From the NCBI RefSeq assembly GCF_028641065.1, contig NC_073403.1, positions 13,640,001 through 13,704,000 of the forward strand: a DNA stretch of 64,000 bases, written 5' to 3'. This DNA comes from Leucoraja erinacea (taxonomy: Eukaryota). Positions 1 to 12,429 of this stretch are shown here, piece by piece. The stretch's first letter is position 1. Each line of letters starts with the position of its first letter. A program made the position numbers and the translations under genes. The notes below the pieces were generated by a model. It did not search any database. It had not been told where the DNA came from and saw only the letters and a list, made by a program, of their open reading frames with translations.

Positions 1-2099
1 GTATTAATTCCCCCATTTTAACCCTGTGCCTTCTGGTTACTCTGTAAAAAGAAATAATTTATTGCGATTCTTACTTTTTTGATCTGCCAGTGAATCCTTC
101 AGTTCAACAAAGTAATGACACTGAAATTAATTTTAGAAATTGAGATTGTTGAATGACTCCATGCAGCAGCAGAGCAGTAACCTCACTAAGTATTGCCTCT
201 ATGTAATTCAGTTACAACATTGCTGTGTAACTGACAGGGTTTTGGTGATTCTTTGGTATCTGTAGTGATGGGTAATTTAGCTTGGTGCAATCAGTGTTTC
301 CGTTTTATTTTGAAGATTCCCACCCTATCTCTTGACACATAAGCAACAGTCCGCAACAGTTTTCTCCTCCCAGATGTGCTTGTGGTCTTCTGTGGTGTTA
401 TAACCTCCACCAATACTTTTAGCCAACACTGTTATAATCCTGCAGGTCTGCTGGAAAGTACTGAAAGACCATACTTGCAGCACGTGTACAACGGTGTTAA
501 ATAATGGCAAGCACCATTCTCCACATAGCTATTGGGGTTTGAATGGGTGTCTGCCCTCTATTCCTGGCATGCCCAACTGAGGCTGACTTGATGCCATTGA
601 CAATCTCATCAAAAACACTATTCTTTATCCAGTTGATTTTAGCAAAATGTCATAATGGATGGAAGTGGAAGCCATGAGTTTTAAGCTTTCTCTCTTTGGT
701 GTGGCAACCATGTCATGAAACGGACCTTGTTCCACCCAAGTCTGACCACCTATCCACATTGTTTTTTGAATGAGAATCTATGCACATTGCAGTTTTATTT
801 TCATTAATTAAAGGAATGTTCATCAGGACTTTACCACTGATATGAACCCCCTGTACACTATGATCAAATAGCAGTCATATTATTGAAATGAAAGCCCCTG
901 CTGTTGCCAAACTTTCTTGTGTGAACTGAGCATCGAGCTTCAGGAAAATTCTTGCATAGTATTGATATATTTTTAGAAAGAGTCCCAGATCTAAATATCC
1001 ACTGGCCAACATGTGCTTCGAAATCTTCATTTAATCATCAAACTTATTGCTCAACATCATCAATCGATCACATTTCAAAAATTTGTCTGTGAATTCAGAG
1101 AGACAACAGTGACTTCAAGCCAATTCTTTGAAAACTGGCCCCACCATCCCTATCCTGACATAAGAATAGCCAGCCCATTATTTGTGGCCTTCCAGTCTCA
1201 TATATACCCAGAATGATTGTACCAGAGATATTGCCCATCACTGGAACCATGAGTTGTAAAACAAATGGACAGAGATCTCTCTCCCATTTTCTGAACAAGA
1301 CGGCTATCAACTGCTATCAGCTCTGTGAAGATGCACTTTCTTGAATGTATTTTGTACTGAACTTATTTTTTAACTTTCTCTTTGCTGATGTAATTTATGC
1401 CTCTTTATACTTTTATTTTTTTATTTATGAGATGCTATTTGGTTTAATATATGTATGTGTATATACCTATATATACATATATATGACGCAAGACTGTTGC
1501 ATAAATCTAATGCAATTACGGTGCCTTTAAGAAAAAGCAGCTGGTTTTGCAGATATTGGCAGGAGACTTTAAATACGTTCTGTGCTATCCAGCATGTTGT
1601 GAAGTAATTTTCACCAAAATGGGAGCAAAGTGGAAAATGTGGTAGAGGTGCAGACTGGGAGTGTGCTAATTTTGTGTTAAATACTTGTCATGAACATTAG
1701 AAATTATTATGCCAGAGGAATGCAAGAGTACAAATTTTGAAACTGATAACAGTTCTCAATTGAGAGGTGAAAGTATATTTTTTCATAGTTTGTCTTCAGT
1801 AAGGTGTTAAATGTGTTTTCACATGATAGTGGGCGAAAGCATGAGCAGCTTTCCTTGTCACTGTGAAGCTATGTCCCTAGCTTGGTCCAATGTTTTGATT
1901 CCAATCATTCTTGATATGACTGCACTCTCCTTGGCCTGCTTCCTTCAGTAATTGTTCTACTTCCTCCCCCCCTCCCCCTCATACTGCACAATGCTTATTC
2001 TACCCTCTCTCCTATAAGACTTGCCTCCCCAACTTCCAAAATCCCCTCAAGACATGCAAGGGCATCTTTGATTATTTGAGGCTTAATAATCTATCTATA

Positions 2100-2232
2100 A
2101 TAAAAACAGAAAATGCCTGAAACACTCAGCAGGTTGAGCTGAAACATTAAATATATTTCTCTTTCCACAGATGCTGTCTGACATGCTGAGAGTTCTGCTT
2201 TTATATCAGATTTGCAGCACCTGATTTTTTTT
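2100..2232. mobile_element. Old Penelope-terminal-repeat-derived fragment
   Basis: ctcagcaggt...ccacagatgctgtctgacatgctgag resembles the cagagatgctgcctg...gctgag unit found many times in the window. Confidence 0.5.
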
Positions 2233-4679
2233 TTAAATTTTCATTTAGTCTTCTACCTCCACATTCTCACATACTACTGATTTGCTTAATCAGTAGTATC
2301 TTGCATTTTTGGATTTAAGTCCAACTCCAGAGAATTGAGCAAAAATAGGGTGACTCAACAAGGGGCACTGCACTTATGATGGTGGTATCTTTTGGATGAG
2401 TTATTAAAAATGCTTTCTCAAATGGATGTAGATAAAATTTCAGAGCACTATTTCAGATAAGCGCAAGGAGGTACCCATGATATCTGGCCAATATTTCCCA
2501 ACAATCTACATTATCAGGCCACTATCACATTGTTATTTGTGTGACATTACTGCTCACAAATTGACCACCATTTTCTCCAGTGAGTTAAAACAGTATCCAC
2601 ACGTCAGAAGCTGGGATTGAGCATTGAGCTGGACAATGAAAGATGTCCATGTTTCACCACCTTTAAGCTTGAGTCATTTTGCTTATCTCGCACCTGTTCA
2701 TTCCGCCTCTAAACCCTCTGAAATTTACCAGAATGTTCTTTACGCTATTTTAGACATTCAGGAGATGCACAATTTGAACAAGTAACAATGAAGTACTTAA
2801 GAAGTAGGAAAACAAGGGTCCCGACTTTCATAACAAATTCCTTTCTGTTCTTTCCTGTAGAACATGAAAAGCCACCAATTCCCAGCTCTTTCATTTATTT
2901 TTCAGAGTTCGGAGAACTAGAGATTCTGTGCATTGCTGATGTATGCAGGGTTTTGAAAGGTTGAGTATTGTTTTTCTCTGTAATGTTGAACAGCTGTTGG
3001 CAGGAAAGGGGAGTGATTATTCCTGGCAGCACACAACCTGGTCTGCACAGAACATCTGCGTAAAGTCTTCAATCACGTGGGCATGGCAGGCTCAAAGAAG
3101 CATGAAAGGCTTGCGATGTACATAAATAATGCCTCATCGCTATTCATATTTTTGATAAGTAGAAATGCATTTACACCATTTAATTTTTTTCCAAATTACT
3201 ATTTTTCATGATACTTGAATGTTTTAATTGAAAACAGTCAGCCAAGTCTACTTTCCTTTCATCCTTTGGCACCAATTTCTCTCTGGTCTAACTGTTCCAA
3301 AGCAAGTGTCTAAATTCAGAGACGTTTATAGGTTAATCTAGGTTGTTTCTTCAGATGGTTTCTCACAGCTGCCTTTGAAGGGATTAGTACTTTGAAGGGG
3401 TTTGATGCACACAAACTGTGGTGACCTGTTACCTTTGAATCTTTGCAGCACTTCAGGTCCAGAAAGTACATTAAACATTTGAAGTCACAATCAGACAACC
3501 TGTCTGCATTATAGAGGCATCAGAAGCTGAAGGTCAGCTTTGAGATCAACAGTGGGAGAGGAATGTTTGTAAATATATTGGCCTGCAGCCCAGCACAGGT
3601 ACATTTGTTGTCAGAGTATCTAAGGATTTGTTTGATCAGAGTTTCCTTCCACAGCTCCAAATCCATGACAACCAGAGACCGAAACACCAGGCTTGCAGAA
3701 GCAGATGTCAGATGATTTTGAGCATCTGGATCGCAATTTGCCATCTCCATTTAACTCTGTTCTTCACTCGGTGTTGGTTAGTTTGACCATGTGTGACCAG
3801 AGTCTGAGAAAAGAATCTGTTGAGCCCATTTTAATGGTGCATCTTCTCTGGATGGTGTGGTGCAATGCAACCTGCGCTCGAGCTTTGGATACAAACCAAT
3901 ATCCACAAATCCCCTCAGTTTATGCCTGTGGGAAGGCATTTCCATGTGAATTTTGGGGTTGCAGGCTGGGCAGTCACCACATTAATCTCTTGAATACCTG
4001 ACTGGAGTTCTGGGTGAGAGGCATTAAAACAGTCCCCCCCCCCCACCATGGTTACAGTGAGTTACATGGTGGAGGATCAAATCAAATCTGCCATCCTCCA
4101 GAAAAGTTGAAATATTCACTTCGCGAAGTAAAATAATCATAGTACTTATTAAATTGCCAATGTAAGAAGAAATCATGTGCTTTCAGAGGCCCACTTCTGA
4201 CTAGATGTATGAATCACTCAGTTCATTTTTTAATACCAAAAGTGCCCGGTCTTCACTTAGAAGAACCAACAGCAGACGGTACTGCTGTTGGTGTCCAAAT
4301 ATATAACATAACCACAAAGCCAAAGACATTGTTGCATAGATGAGCCTGAACTGTACAGAATCATGTGACCCAAGTCCTTTCCTGACTTCATCTCGTCCTG
4401 TGCACTACACGTGGAGTGGGTTGGGCACATTGCATGCCCACATGCTTGCTAAAGAATCATCTTCCCCACTACCCCCACCTGCCATTTTCTTCTTTATATC
4501 TCATGGGGGGGGGGGGGGGGGGGGGGGGGGGGAAAGGGTCTGCCATTTGAAATGTGACTGCACAAATCTTTTACCCAAGTGTGAATTACCACCTGAAACT
4601 GAAACGTAAATTTTGAACAAAAGCCCTAGATGTAAAGTATCCTTTATTGTCAATTAAGACAATATTTGCTAATTAAGAC

Positions 4680-4736
4680 TTGTAACAGGTAGTTTGGAGA
4701 GAGAAACTTTGTAACAGGTAGTTTGGAGAGAGAAAC
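4680..4736. repeat. 29-bp direct tandem duplication
   Basis: ttgtaacaggtagtttggagagagaaac at 4680 and 4709. Confidence 0.9.
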
Positions 4737-7408
4737 CCATACGCACCTCTGAAAATCTACCATGGTTTTGGTAAGGTGCAGTGAGCCTGGAATATACAAC
4801 TTCTGTACAGTGTTAGAGGTATGGAGATATGTTTCAACAAACTTGGATGTGCTTTTTACTGCGTTCCAGAATGGAAACTTAAGTCATGTATCATGCATAT
4901 TCCTCTTGGGGAAGATTTGCTCCATGATGCACTCAATTCAAACTGCTTGCACTCCTGGTTACAGAAATGAACACTGATAAATATCTATTTAATACTATTC
5001 ACAAAAGTTTTTTTTTTTAAATGAGTATTGTTTGTCAGAAAGAGAACCTTCGCATATTGCCAACTCCCAGGCTGGAGAAAGATTGCCATAGTTTGATACT
5101 TTGGTGTATATAATTATAAAAGTTGTTTTGCAGAATATATGCTTGTACAGTTCTATATATTTGTACAATGAAGTGCCACAATGCAGTTTTTCACTGCGGC
5201 TTTTACAGATTAGACTCTCGGTCTTCTAACGGCTGATGGATTCATTATGGTCATTCGGACACTAGATCAGATTTTGGTTTGTTTGGCAAGTGTCCCATTT
5301 AATTGAGCTGGATGGATCATTTTCCCATTTCCTATCCATCACAATGGCTTGTGTGTTTGTTTTTCACTGATTGGCAAGCACAACTAAAAATTTGGAAATA
5401 AAAATGTAATTGTCTGCATTTTTCTTCCACCGGGGTTTATACTAAGGCTTCCAAGAAGACTGAGCAATGCTAGCAGTAATGCTTAACAGTTGTCAGCCTG
5501 CTACAGTATATCTTTGTCGTACCAATATATGTTATACCCTGACTTTCATCCACCCACCCTGACTGCCATAACCTTGTAATTCATTGTGGGGTGAGTTGGA
5601 AGGGCCAGGGTTGTCTGCTGGCCAAATCATGCAGTCGATATACTGTAAGTGATGTCTGTGAAACGATGTTTTGATCTGTGTTTCCATCTACACCACAGAC
5701 ATCACGGCAGGCGCTGACTTTCTGGATTACTTGCAGAAACATTTCCCATTCCATTTTAATCACAATTTGGCCATCCACCACACAGCATGTGAATGCTTGT
5801 CAGTGATATCTGCAGCCCAATGAAGAAATGTACACTAAGCAAGTTTGAGACACATTTCTTCCAGTATTGAAATTCTGGATGAGTTTATCCCATAATTGGG
5901 ATTCGGATTACTCGTTAAATGGGTTCATGGTCACAATGGAAGCAGGTAGGGGTGGCACAGGACCGGTTTGGGGTTGAAATTGACTTTAGCAAAACACTCC
6001 TGGATGTCAGTGACCTTTTTGAACTCACCTCTGCCCTTTTCAAAGTGATTGTGAGAATTGGGTGAGGGGTTTGCAGCAAACTTGCCAAGAGCCCTCAGTA
6101 CCACCCTGTGGAATACGATGCCATAGGTGCATCAGTGGAAGTCTTAATCTGTAGGTATGCACTTTGTCGAAGGGAGCTTGGCCTCGTGCTGGTCTCATTG
6201 AGTGTGCATCTCCCCTTTTGTACTATTCCTACAGTGTCGACTGCAAACCAAGAAATGTAAAATTATGTCCGCCCACTCCATGTCCAAAAGGAATTGTTAC
6301 TGCAAGCAATTATACTGCAGCCAGCCAAAAGGGGGAACAATTTCATGGATTCATCAGTACTTTAAACCAAATACAGAATTGTTAAGGATTAAAATGAAAA
6401 AAAATGCTGGAAATGTAAAGGGTTTTTTTTTAATGCAAATTGCCAGACCTGTGCCATAAGACTGTGCTTATCAGAATCTGAAGGGTCTCTGTTGAAATGA
6501 GGGTCCCCATGATATTAACAACTTGCAAGTTTTATTTAATGCCAAAAACCACAAACCACTAACACTTAAAATATGATTGCAGATCAGTGAGTTACCATTC
6601 AAAGAATGAGGAGATGAGTAGGGACCGTGATAGAATCTACTTGGCGAATGCCTTGTTTTGAAGTACAGTATTTTATGTATTTTGTAAGTGTGACCCACAC
6701 TGCAGCAAATGTATGTTTGATACATTTTCTTTAAAAAATGCTTTCTGCATACTAATATATGCACTACATACACTAATGCAGTTTATTTTGATAAGCTCTT
6801 ACACTCAGCATTTAAAATGACTGTATAAATTGAACAGTATTCTGTATTGATGTAATATAGTATTTTTAATCTTTTATTCCCCGATTGCAGTATTTTATAC
6901 ATTTGTTTATTGATGCTTGTACGTAGCATTATATGTTTTTAAAAGTTTTACAAATATAGACAAAAATGATATCTTGATACTGTTATTTGGCATTTTATTT
7001 GCATCGTAGGTTTCTGTATGTTTTATTGTCTTTCATGGTCTAATTGGGATCAATCAATTATTTCCACCATCCTCCCTTTCATTTGACCCTCAGCTACCTC
7101 TCAGACTTTAGGCTGATCCTGACCCACTGCACAGTACATAGCACACATAAGATTCAATAATCCATTCTCTGCAGCAAAAGATGATGAAATTATACAAGGA
7201 AGCTGGTTAAAGTGCCCTTTAATATGATGATTTAATTATAAATACCATCTATGAATGTTGAGTTAAGACTGGTAGCAAAAGCCTTGAAACTGTAGAGGCT
7301 TCTTGGTGCCATCTGTCTAGCCGATTGACTGGTCAAAGCTCTTCTGAACAGCCACATCACCCGATCAAAACGGCCTGGGGTTTGGATGCTACTGATATTT
7401 TCATGGGC

Positions 7409-7485
7409 CATCCAACCCCAACAGCGGTTGGCATCCAATCCCAACAGTGGTTGGCATCCAGCCCCAACAGTGGTTGGCATCCAGC
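7409..7485. repeat. 23-bp minisatellite, ~3.3 copies
   Basis: catcca(a/g)(c/t)cccaacag(c/t)ggttgg starting at 7409, 7432, 7455, partial at 7478. Confidence 0.9.
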
Positions 7486-7857
7486 TGCTGTGCCCATCTT
7501 CAGAATTTCTAAACAAATGTTTTTCACTTGAATGCTGACTTTGAATATGCTTTTTTGCTGCACCCATTTAAACTCATTTTGCCACACTTTTAACCTTATT
7601 TTAATCTAATCTTTAGCACCGTATTCAAAAAATCTGATTATCTTTTAATAACAATTGCTTTAATTCTCACATTGTAATCTTTATTTCCTAAAGAGAGGAT
7701 GAATTGTAGGTAGGACAGTGATGAGAATGGAGCTTGTATAATTATCTGGATGGTAATCTGAGGATTTGGACAGTTAGCATCACTTGAGTTGTAATGACTG
7801 TTCAGATTATTCTCATCTCGAACCCACAGCGTCCATTAATTTACTAATTCTTCTGGC

Positions 7858-8650
7858 ACTTGTATATTAATGATTTGGATGATGGGATTGAAGGTTTTGT
7901 GGCCAAGTTTGCAGATGATACGAAAATAGGTGGAAGGGCAGATAGTGTAGAGAAATCAGAGACTCTGCAGAAGGACTTGGATAGGTTGGGAGAGTGGGCA
8001 AAGAAGTGGCAGATGGAATATAGTGTGGCAAAGTGTGGAGTCATGCATTTTGGTAGTAGGAATAAAGGTGAAGGTTATTTTCTAAATTGGGAGAGAATCC
8101 AGAAATCGGTGGTGCAAAGGGACTTGGGAGTGCTGGTGCAGGATTCCCAAAAAGTTAATCCGCAAGTCGAACCAGTAGTAAAGAAAGCAAACACAATGCT
8201 AGCATTTATTTCGAGAGGGCTTGTATACTAAAACAGGGATGTAATGCTGAGGCTCTATAAGGCGCTGGTTGGACTGCATTTGGAATATTGTGAGCAATTT
8301 TTGGCACCATATCTGTGCTGGCTCTGGAGAGGATCCACAGGAAGTTTACACGAATGATCCCAGGAATGAGTAGGTTAGCATATGATGAGCATTTGACAGC
8401 ACTGGGCCTATATTCGCTGGAGTTTAGAAGAATGAGGGACCTCATTGAAACGTACAGAACTGAAAGGCTTGGTTAGAGTGGATGTTGAGATGATGTTTCC
8501 ACTAGTGGGAGAGTCTAGGACGAGAGGTCATAACTTCAAAATTAAAGGACATTCTTTTAGGAAGGAGATGAGGAATTTCTTTAGTCAGAGGGCTGTGGAG
8601 GCAGTCAGTGGATATGTTTAAGGCAGAGAGATTCTTGATTAATATGGGTA
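7858..8650 (+). mobile_element. CR1-clade LINE fragment (RT C-terminal part)
   Basis: ORF 7860-8231 YINDLDDGIEGFVAKFADDTKIGG...LQKDLDRLGEWAKKWQM...RDLGVLV is typical CR1 RT; decays downstream. Confidence 0.92.
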
Positions 8651-8984
8651 GAAGGCTCTATAAGGAAATTGCCCAATTGGTGCATGTTGGCAGAGAATCT
8701 GTGAGTTTGAAAGTGAATAATTTAGTCAATCTATAGCTTTAAAATGCTTTGCTACTTCAGAATTATAACTCCATAAACAACCCTGCCCCATGTGTGTTGA
8801 TTGTGAAGCAGTCTGTTTAAGGGATGTTCATATCCCTAAAAACTGACGCATCAAAGCAACAAATTCAAAAATCACTACCAAGTTATGAGATGGAACCTCA
8901 TTGTCAATACCCTAGATTGTTTATCAGGAGTGAAAGAGTGAAGAGATGGCCACTATAAATAGAGGAGGTAGCCACAACAGCCAG

Positions 8985-11070
8985 AGCGCAGGTAGTTCAC
9001 TATGCCGTTGCCTCATCTGCATTTGGTCTCACTGATGCAGAGCACAATGCAATAGACCGAGGTTTGGGGAGGTGCATGTGAACCACTGGTCACCCAGAAG
9101 GCCAGCTTGAATCCCTGTTTGTCGGGTTTTACAACAGGATCACACCAGTCACTCCCCACCTTATCTGCTTTCCACAGGTACCACTCTGTGACACCCTGTT
9201 TTGTTCATCACTCCCCCTCCTCGGGCATTTTCTCCTTCATCATGTGAGGTGTGACACATTCTTACAAAATTCTTAAGGGGTTGGACAGGCTAGATGCAGG
9301 AAGATTGTTCCTGATGTTAGGGAAGTCCAGGTCAAGGGGTCACAGCTTAAGGATAAGGGGGAAATCCTTTAAAACCGAGATGAGGAGAACTTTTTTCACA
9401 CAGAGAGTGTGAATCTCTGGAACTCTCTCCACAGAGGGTAGTTGAGGCCAGTTCATTGGCTATATTTAAGAGGGAGTTAGATGTGGCCCTTGTGGCTAAG
9501 GGGATCAGGGGGTATGGAGAGAAGGCAGGTACGGGATACTGAGTTGATGATGAGCCATGATCATATTGAATGGCGGTGCAGGCTCGAAGGGCCGAATGGC
9601 CTACTCCTGCACCTAATTTCTATGTTTCTATGACACCTGTTGCTACACCTCCAGGGACCGAAACAACCCTTCCAAGTGAGACAGAGGTTTACTTGCACCT
9701 TTGCCAGGAAGAAGAGTCTTGACCTAAAACGTCACCCATCTCTCCAGAGATGCTGCCTCCTGCTGAGTTACTCCAGCTTTTTGTATATATCTTCGGTTTA
9801 ATCCAGCATCTGCAGTTCCTTCTGCTCCACTGTGGAATCTCTACTATGTCTACTTTGAAGAAGTTCTTTCTCCGACGAGAGTTCTGCAACATCCTCTCTG
9901 GCTGCTCTCCCTGTGATTCCTCCTGCTCTCCGACCACATTTTAACCCAGACTCGCTACCACAGCCACAAGTTTTCTCTGTGCTTGCCTGCGCCTCTATCT
10001 TCTACCTCGGGGATTCCAGCTCCGGTTCCAGGCATCCTAGTTCAGCCCCAACCCGGATTATAGGTACCGATAGTCGATCTGCCGCATTTCGCAACAGTTC
10101 TCATTCCGTGCTTTGCGTTCTAAATTGGCTACGATGCGCTGGCACTAGCAGGCCCTTGCTGACTCCCGCAGCTCCGGTTCTTACTCACCCAGAACTGCAA
10201 TGGGCCCCAACTGTACTTCGTTTAACGCCAGATCCACACCCTCTACCAAGGATCACAATCCTGCCCGCCTCCGGACGTTCCCTCCACCGACACTCCTCGA
10301 CTCGACTACCCGCAGGCCCGGGGCTTCACCGCTGGATTGCGCTTGCCGACTCTCACCGTCTTCCTGGGGCCGCCGCTGTTGCCGACCTTCACTGTCTCCC
10401 CGGGGCCACCGTTGCTGCTGCCGCCGACCCATATCTCTACTCCAGCCACCCATGGGCCTCCACCAGCGACCCTGGCGAACCTCGCCTCTCCATCGCTCAC
10501 CAGCGGGCCTCATCTGAGTTTTAGGCTCAGCACCAGGCCCACAGCCTCCACAATGCAGACTCCATCCTTCTGCATCCCCTCTCCCTACAGGGAACCTCAG
10601 TAATGATTGGTCTTCCCATTCCCTCTCTTTTAACCAGGTTACCCCGACCACACCCCATTCATACAAAAGTCCTCATGCCCCCCCTCCTCGCTGAACACCC
10701 ACCATCAGATCTCGCCTCTACCTTTGTCCACTCTCCGGCCCCTGATCCCAACCTTGTGTGTTCACCATCCCCCCTGACCTCTCCCTTTCTGATACAGAAT
10801 GGTCTGTCCTCAACCGAGGCTTCACCTTCGTTCCCCTCCACCCCCACCTCAACGAGTTCCGGGTCCACCACGACATAGAGCTTTTCTTCCGTGGAAGGAG
10901 GGTCTCGACCCGAAACGTCACCCATTCCTTCTCTCCAGAGATGCTGCCTGTCCCGGCGAGTAACTCCAACTTTTTGTATCCTTCTCCATCCTTGTCTGCT
11001 ACATTCAGGTGCTGTTGACATATCCAACACTACATCGGTGAGACCAAGCGTAGACCAGGTCAACATTTGT
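8985..11070 (+). mobile_element. Decayed Penelope-like retroelement (Neptune-type), partial-tandem and inverted architecture
   Basis: N-terminal ORF remnant from ATG 9846 to ~10892 (FTIPPDLSLSDTEWSVLNRGFTFVPLHPHLNEFRVHHDIELFFR). GIY-YIG remnant YIGETKRR at ~11030-11055. Endonuclease-region remnants on + at ~9170-9700 and inverted at ~8985-9118. Terminal-repeat copies at ~9708-9822 and ~10893-10985. Confidence 0.75.
9258..9630 (+). mobile_element. Young 5'-truncated CR1 LINE 3' end nested in the Penelope-like element
   Basis: Ends ggccgaatggcctactcctgcacctaatttctatgtttcta; flanked by TGACAC at 9252-9257 and 9631-9636; very similar to the minus-strand copy at 51842-52220. Confidence 0.9.
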
Positions 11071-11468
11071 TCACCTCTTACTCCATCCCTTCTCACCTAG
11101 AGCTATCTCTGTCTGGGTCTCTGCTCCTAATCCTCCCCCTGCCCTAAGCCAGGGTCTTGACCCCAACCGTTGCCTGTCCATTCCCTCCAGACGCCGCCAT
11201 GCAGTCCCCGCGTCTCGGTGGGTGGTCCAGCAGAGTTTTATTTACGGAACCATGTTCGTAACATAATACCGTAATACAAAGTACGTATTAGTATTATGAA
11301 CATTGCTTGCGGAACAATAGCGCGTTTACTTACAGCAGCACAACAGGTACGTTCAATGGTGCTTGTACTGTCACATGTACTATGTAAACAAAGTACGGTG
11401 GGAAGTTGGGCCGAATGGCCTGCGCTCCACGGGGGAGGATGGGCGGGTGTTACACAAGGGGACTAACA

Positions 11469-12401
11469 CTAGTTAGTTACCGCGGTAAGCGCTAGTTATG
11501 AGCTGGTTACTGAGGAGCTGCCGGGAGGTAAGCGGGCGCAGCAGTTAGTAGTTACCGGGATAAGCGCTAGTTATGTGCTGGTTACTGAGGCGCTGCCGGG
11601 AGGTCCCGGGCGCAGCTAGTTACTAGTTACCGGGATAAGCGCTAGTTATGAGCTGGTTACTGAGGAGCTGCCGGGAGGTCCCGGGCGCAGCTAGTTACTA
11701 GTTACCGGGATAAGCGCTAGTTATGAGCTGGTTACTGAGGAGCTGCCGGGAGGTAAGCGGGCGCAGCTAGTTACTAGTTACCGGGATAAGCGCTAGTTAT
11801 GTGCTGGAGCTGGTTACTGAGGCGCTGCCGGGAGGTCCCGGGCGCAGCTAGTTACTAGTTACCGGGATAAGCGCTAGTTATGAGCTGGTTACTGAGGAGC
11901 TGCCGGGAGGTAAGCGGGCGCAGCTAGTTACTAGTTACCGGGATAAGCGCTAGTTATGTGCTGGTTACTGAGGCGCTGCCGGGAGGTCCCGGGCGCAGCT
12001 AGTTACTAGTTACCGGGATAAGCGCTAGTTATGAGCTGGTTACTGAGGCGCTGCCGGGAGGTCCCGGGCGCAGCTAGTTACTAGTTACCGGGATAAGCGC
12101 TAGTTATGAGCTGGTTACTGAGGCGCTGCCGGGAGGTAAGCGGGCGCAGCTAGTTACTAGTTACCGGGATAAGCCGCTAGTTATGACCTGGTGGTTACTG
12201 AGGCGCTGCCGGGAGGTCCCGGGCGCAGCTAGTTACTAGTTACCGGGATAAGCGCTAGTTATGAGCTGGTTACTGAGGAGCTGCCGGGAGGTAAGCGGGC
12301 GCAGCAGTTACTAGTTATGAGCTGGTTACTGAGGCGCTGCCGGGAGGTAAGCGGGCGCGTTAGCAGTTACTAGATTATGAGCTGCTACTGAGGAGGTAAC
12401 C
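11469..12401. repeat. GC-rich 75/76-bp tandem array (11 full plus 2 truncated units) directly upstream of the CCDC47 promoter
   Basis: Unit GTTACCGGGATAAGCGCTAGTTATGAGCTGGTTACTGAGG(A/C)GCTGCCGGGAGGT(AAGC/CCC)GGGCGCAGCTAGTTACTA; starts at 11476, 11551, 11626, 11701, 11777, 11858, 11934, 12009, 12084, 12160, 12239. Confidence 0.97.
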
Positions 12402-12429
12402 GGCAAAGATCTGCTACAGGATCTTTGGT

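Larger units (their letters stand above)
1099..7030 (+). other. Probable terminal exon and long 3' UTR of an unidentified upstream gene
   Basis: About 6 kb almost free of transposons, in contrast to the rest of the window. Has AU/GU-rich tracts, TGTATATA motifs, AATAAA at 5397-5402 and a U/GU-rich end near 6950-7030. Possible weak acceptor ttcag at 1098. No protein recognised. Confidence 0.4.

Noticed and set aside
375-493. Possible coding exon after ttttctcctcccag (VLVVFCGVITSTNTFSQHCYNPAGLLESTERPYLQHVYN)
   Set aside because: Good acceptor but weak donor and no recognisable homology.
1099-1216. Terminal coding exon (RDNSDFKPIL*, RQQ* or ETTVTSS...YPE* depending on phase)
   Set aside because: Weak polypyrimidine tract, unknown phase and no protein recognised, so no CDS called.
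9913-10666. Long overlapping ORFs (up to 203 aa) as a novel gene
   Set aside because: Low-complexity, GC-rich frames inside the decayed Penelope-like element.
11469-12401. CRISPR array or tandem tRNA genes (unit length 75-76 bp)
   Set aside because: No unique spacers, eukaryotic context, no cas genes; neither strand shows A/B boxes or a cloverleaf.
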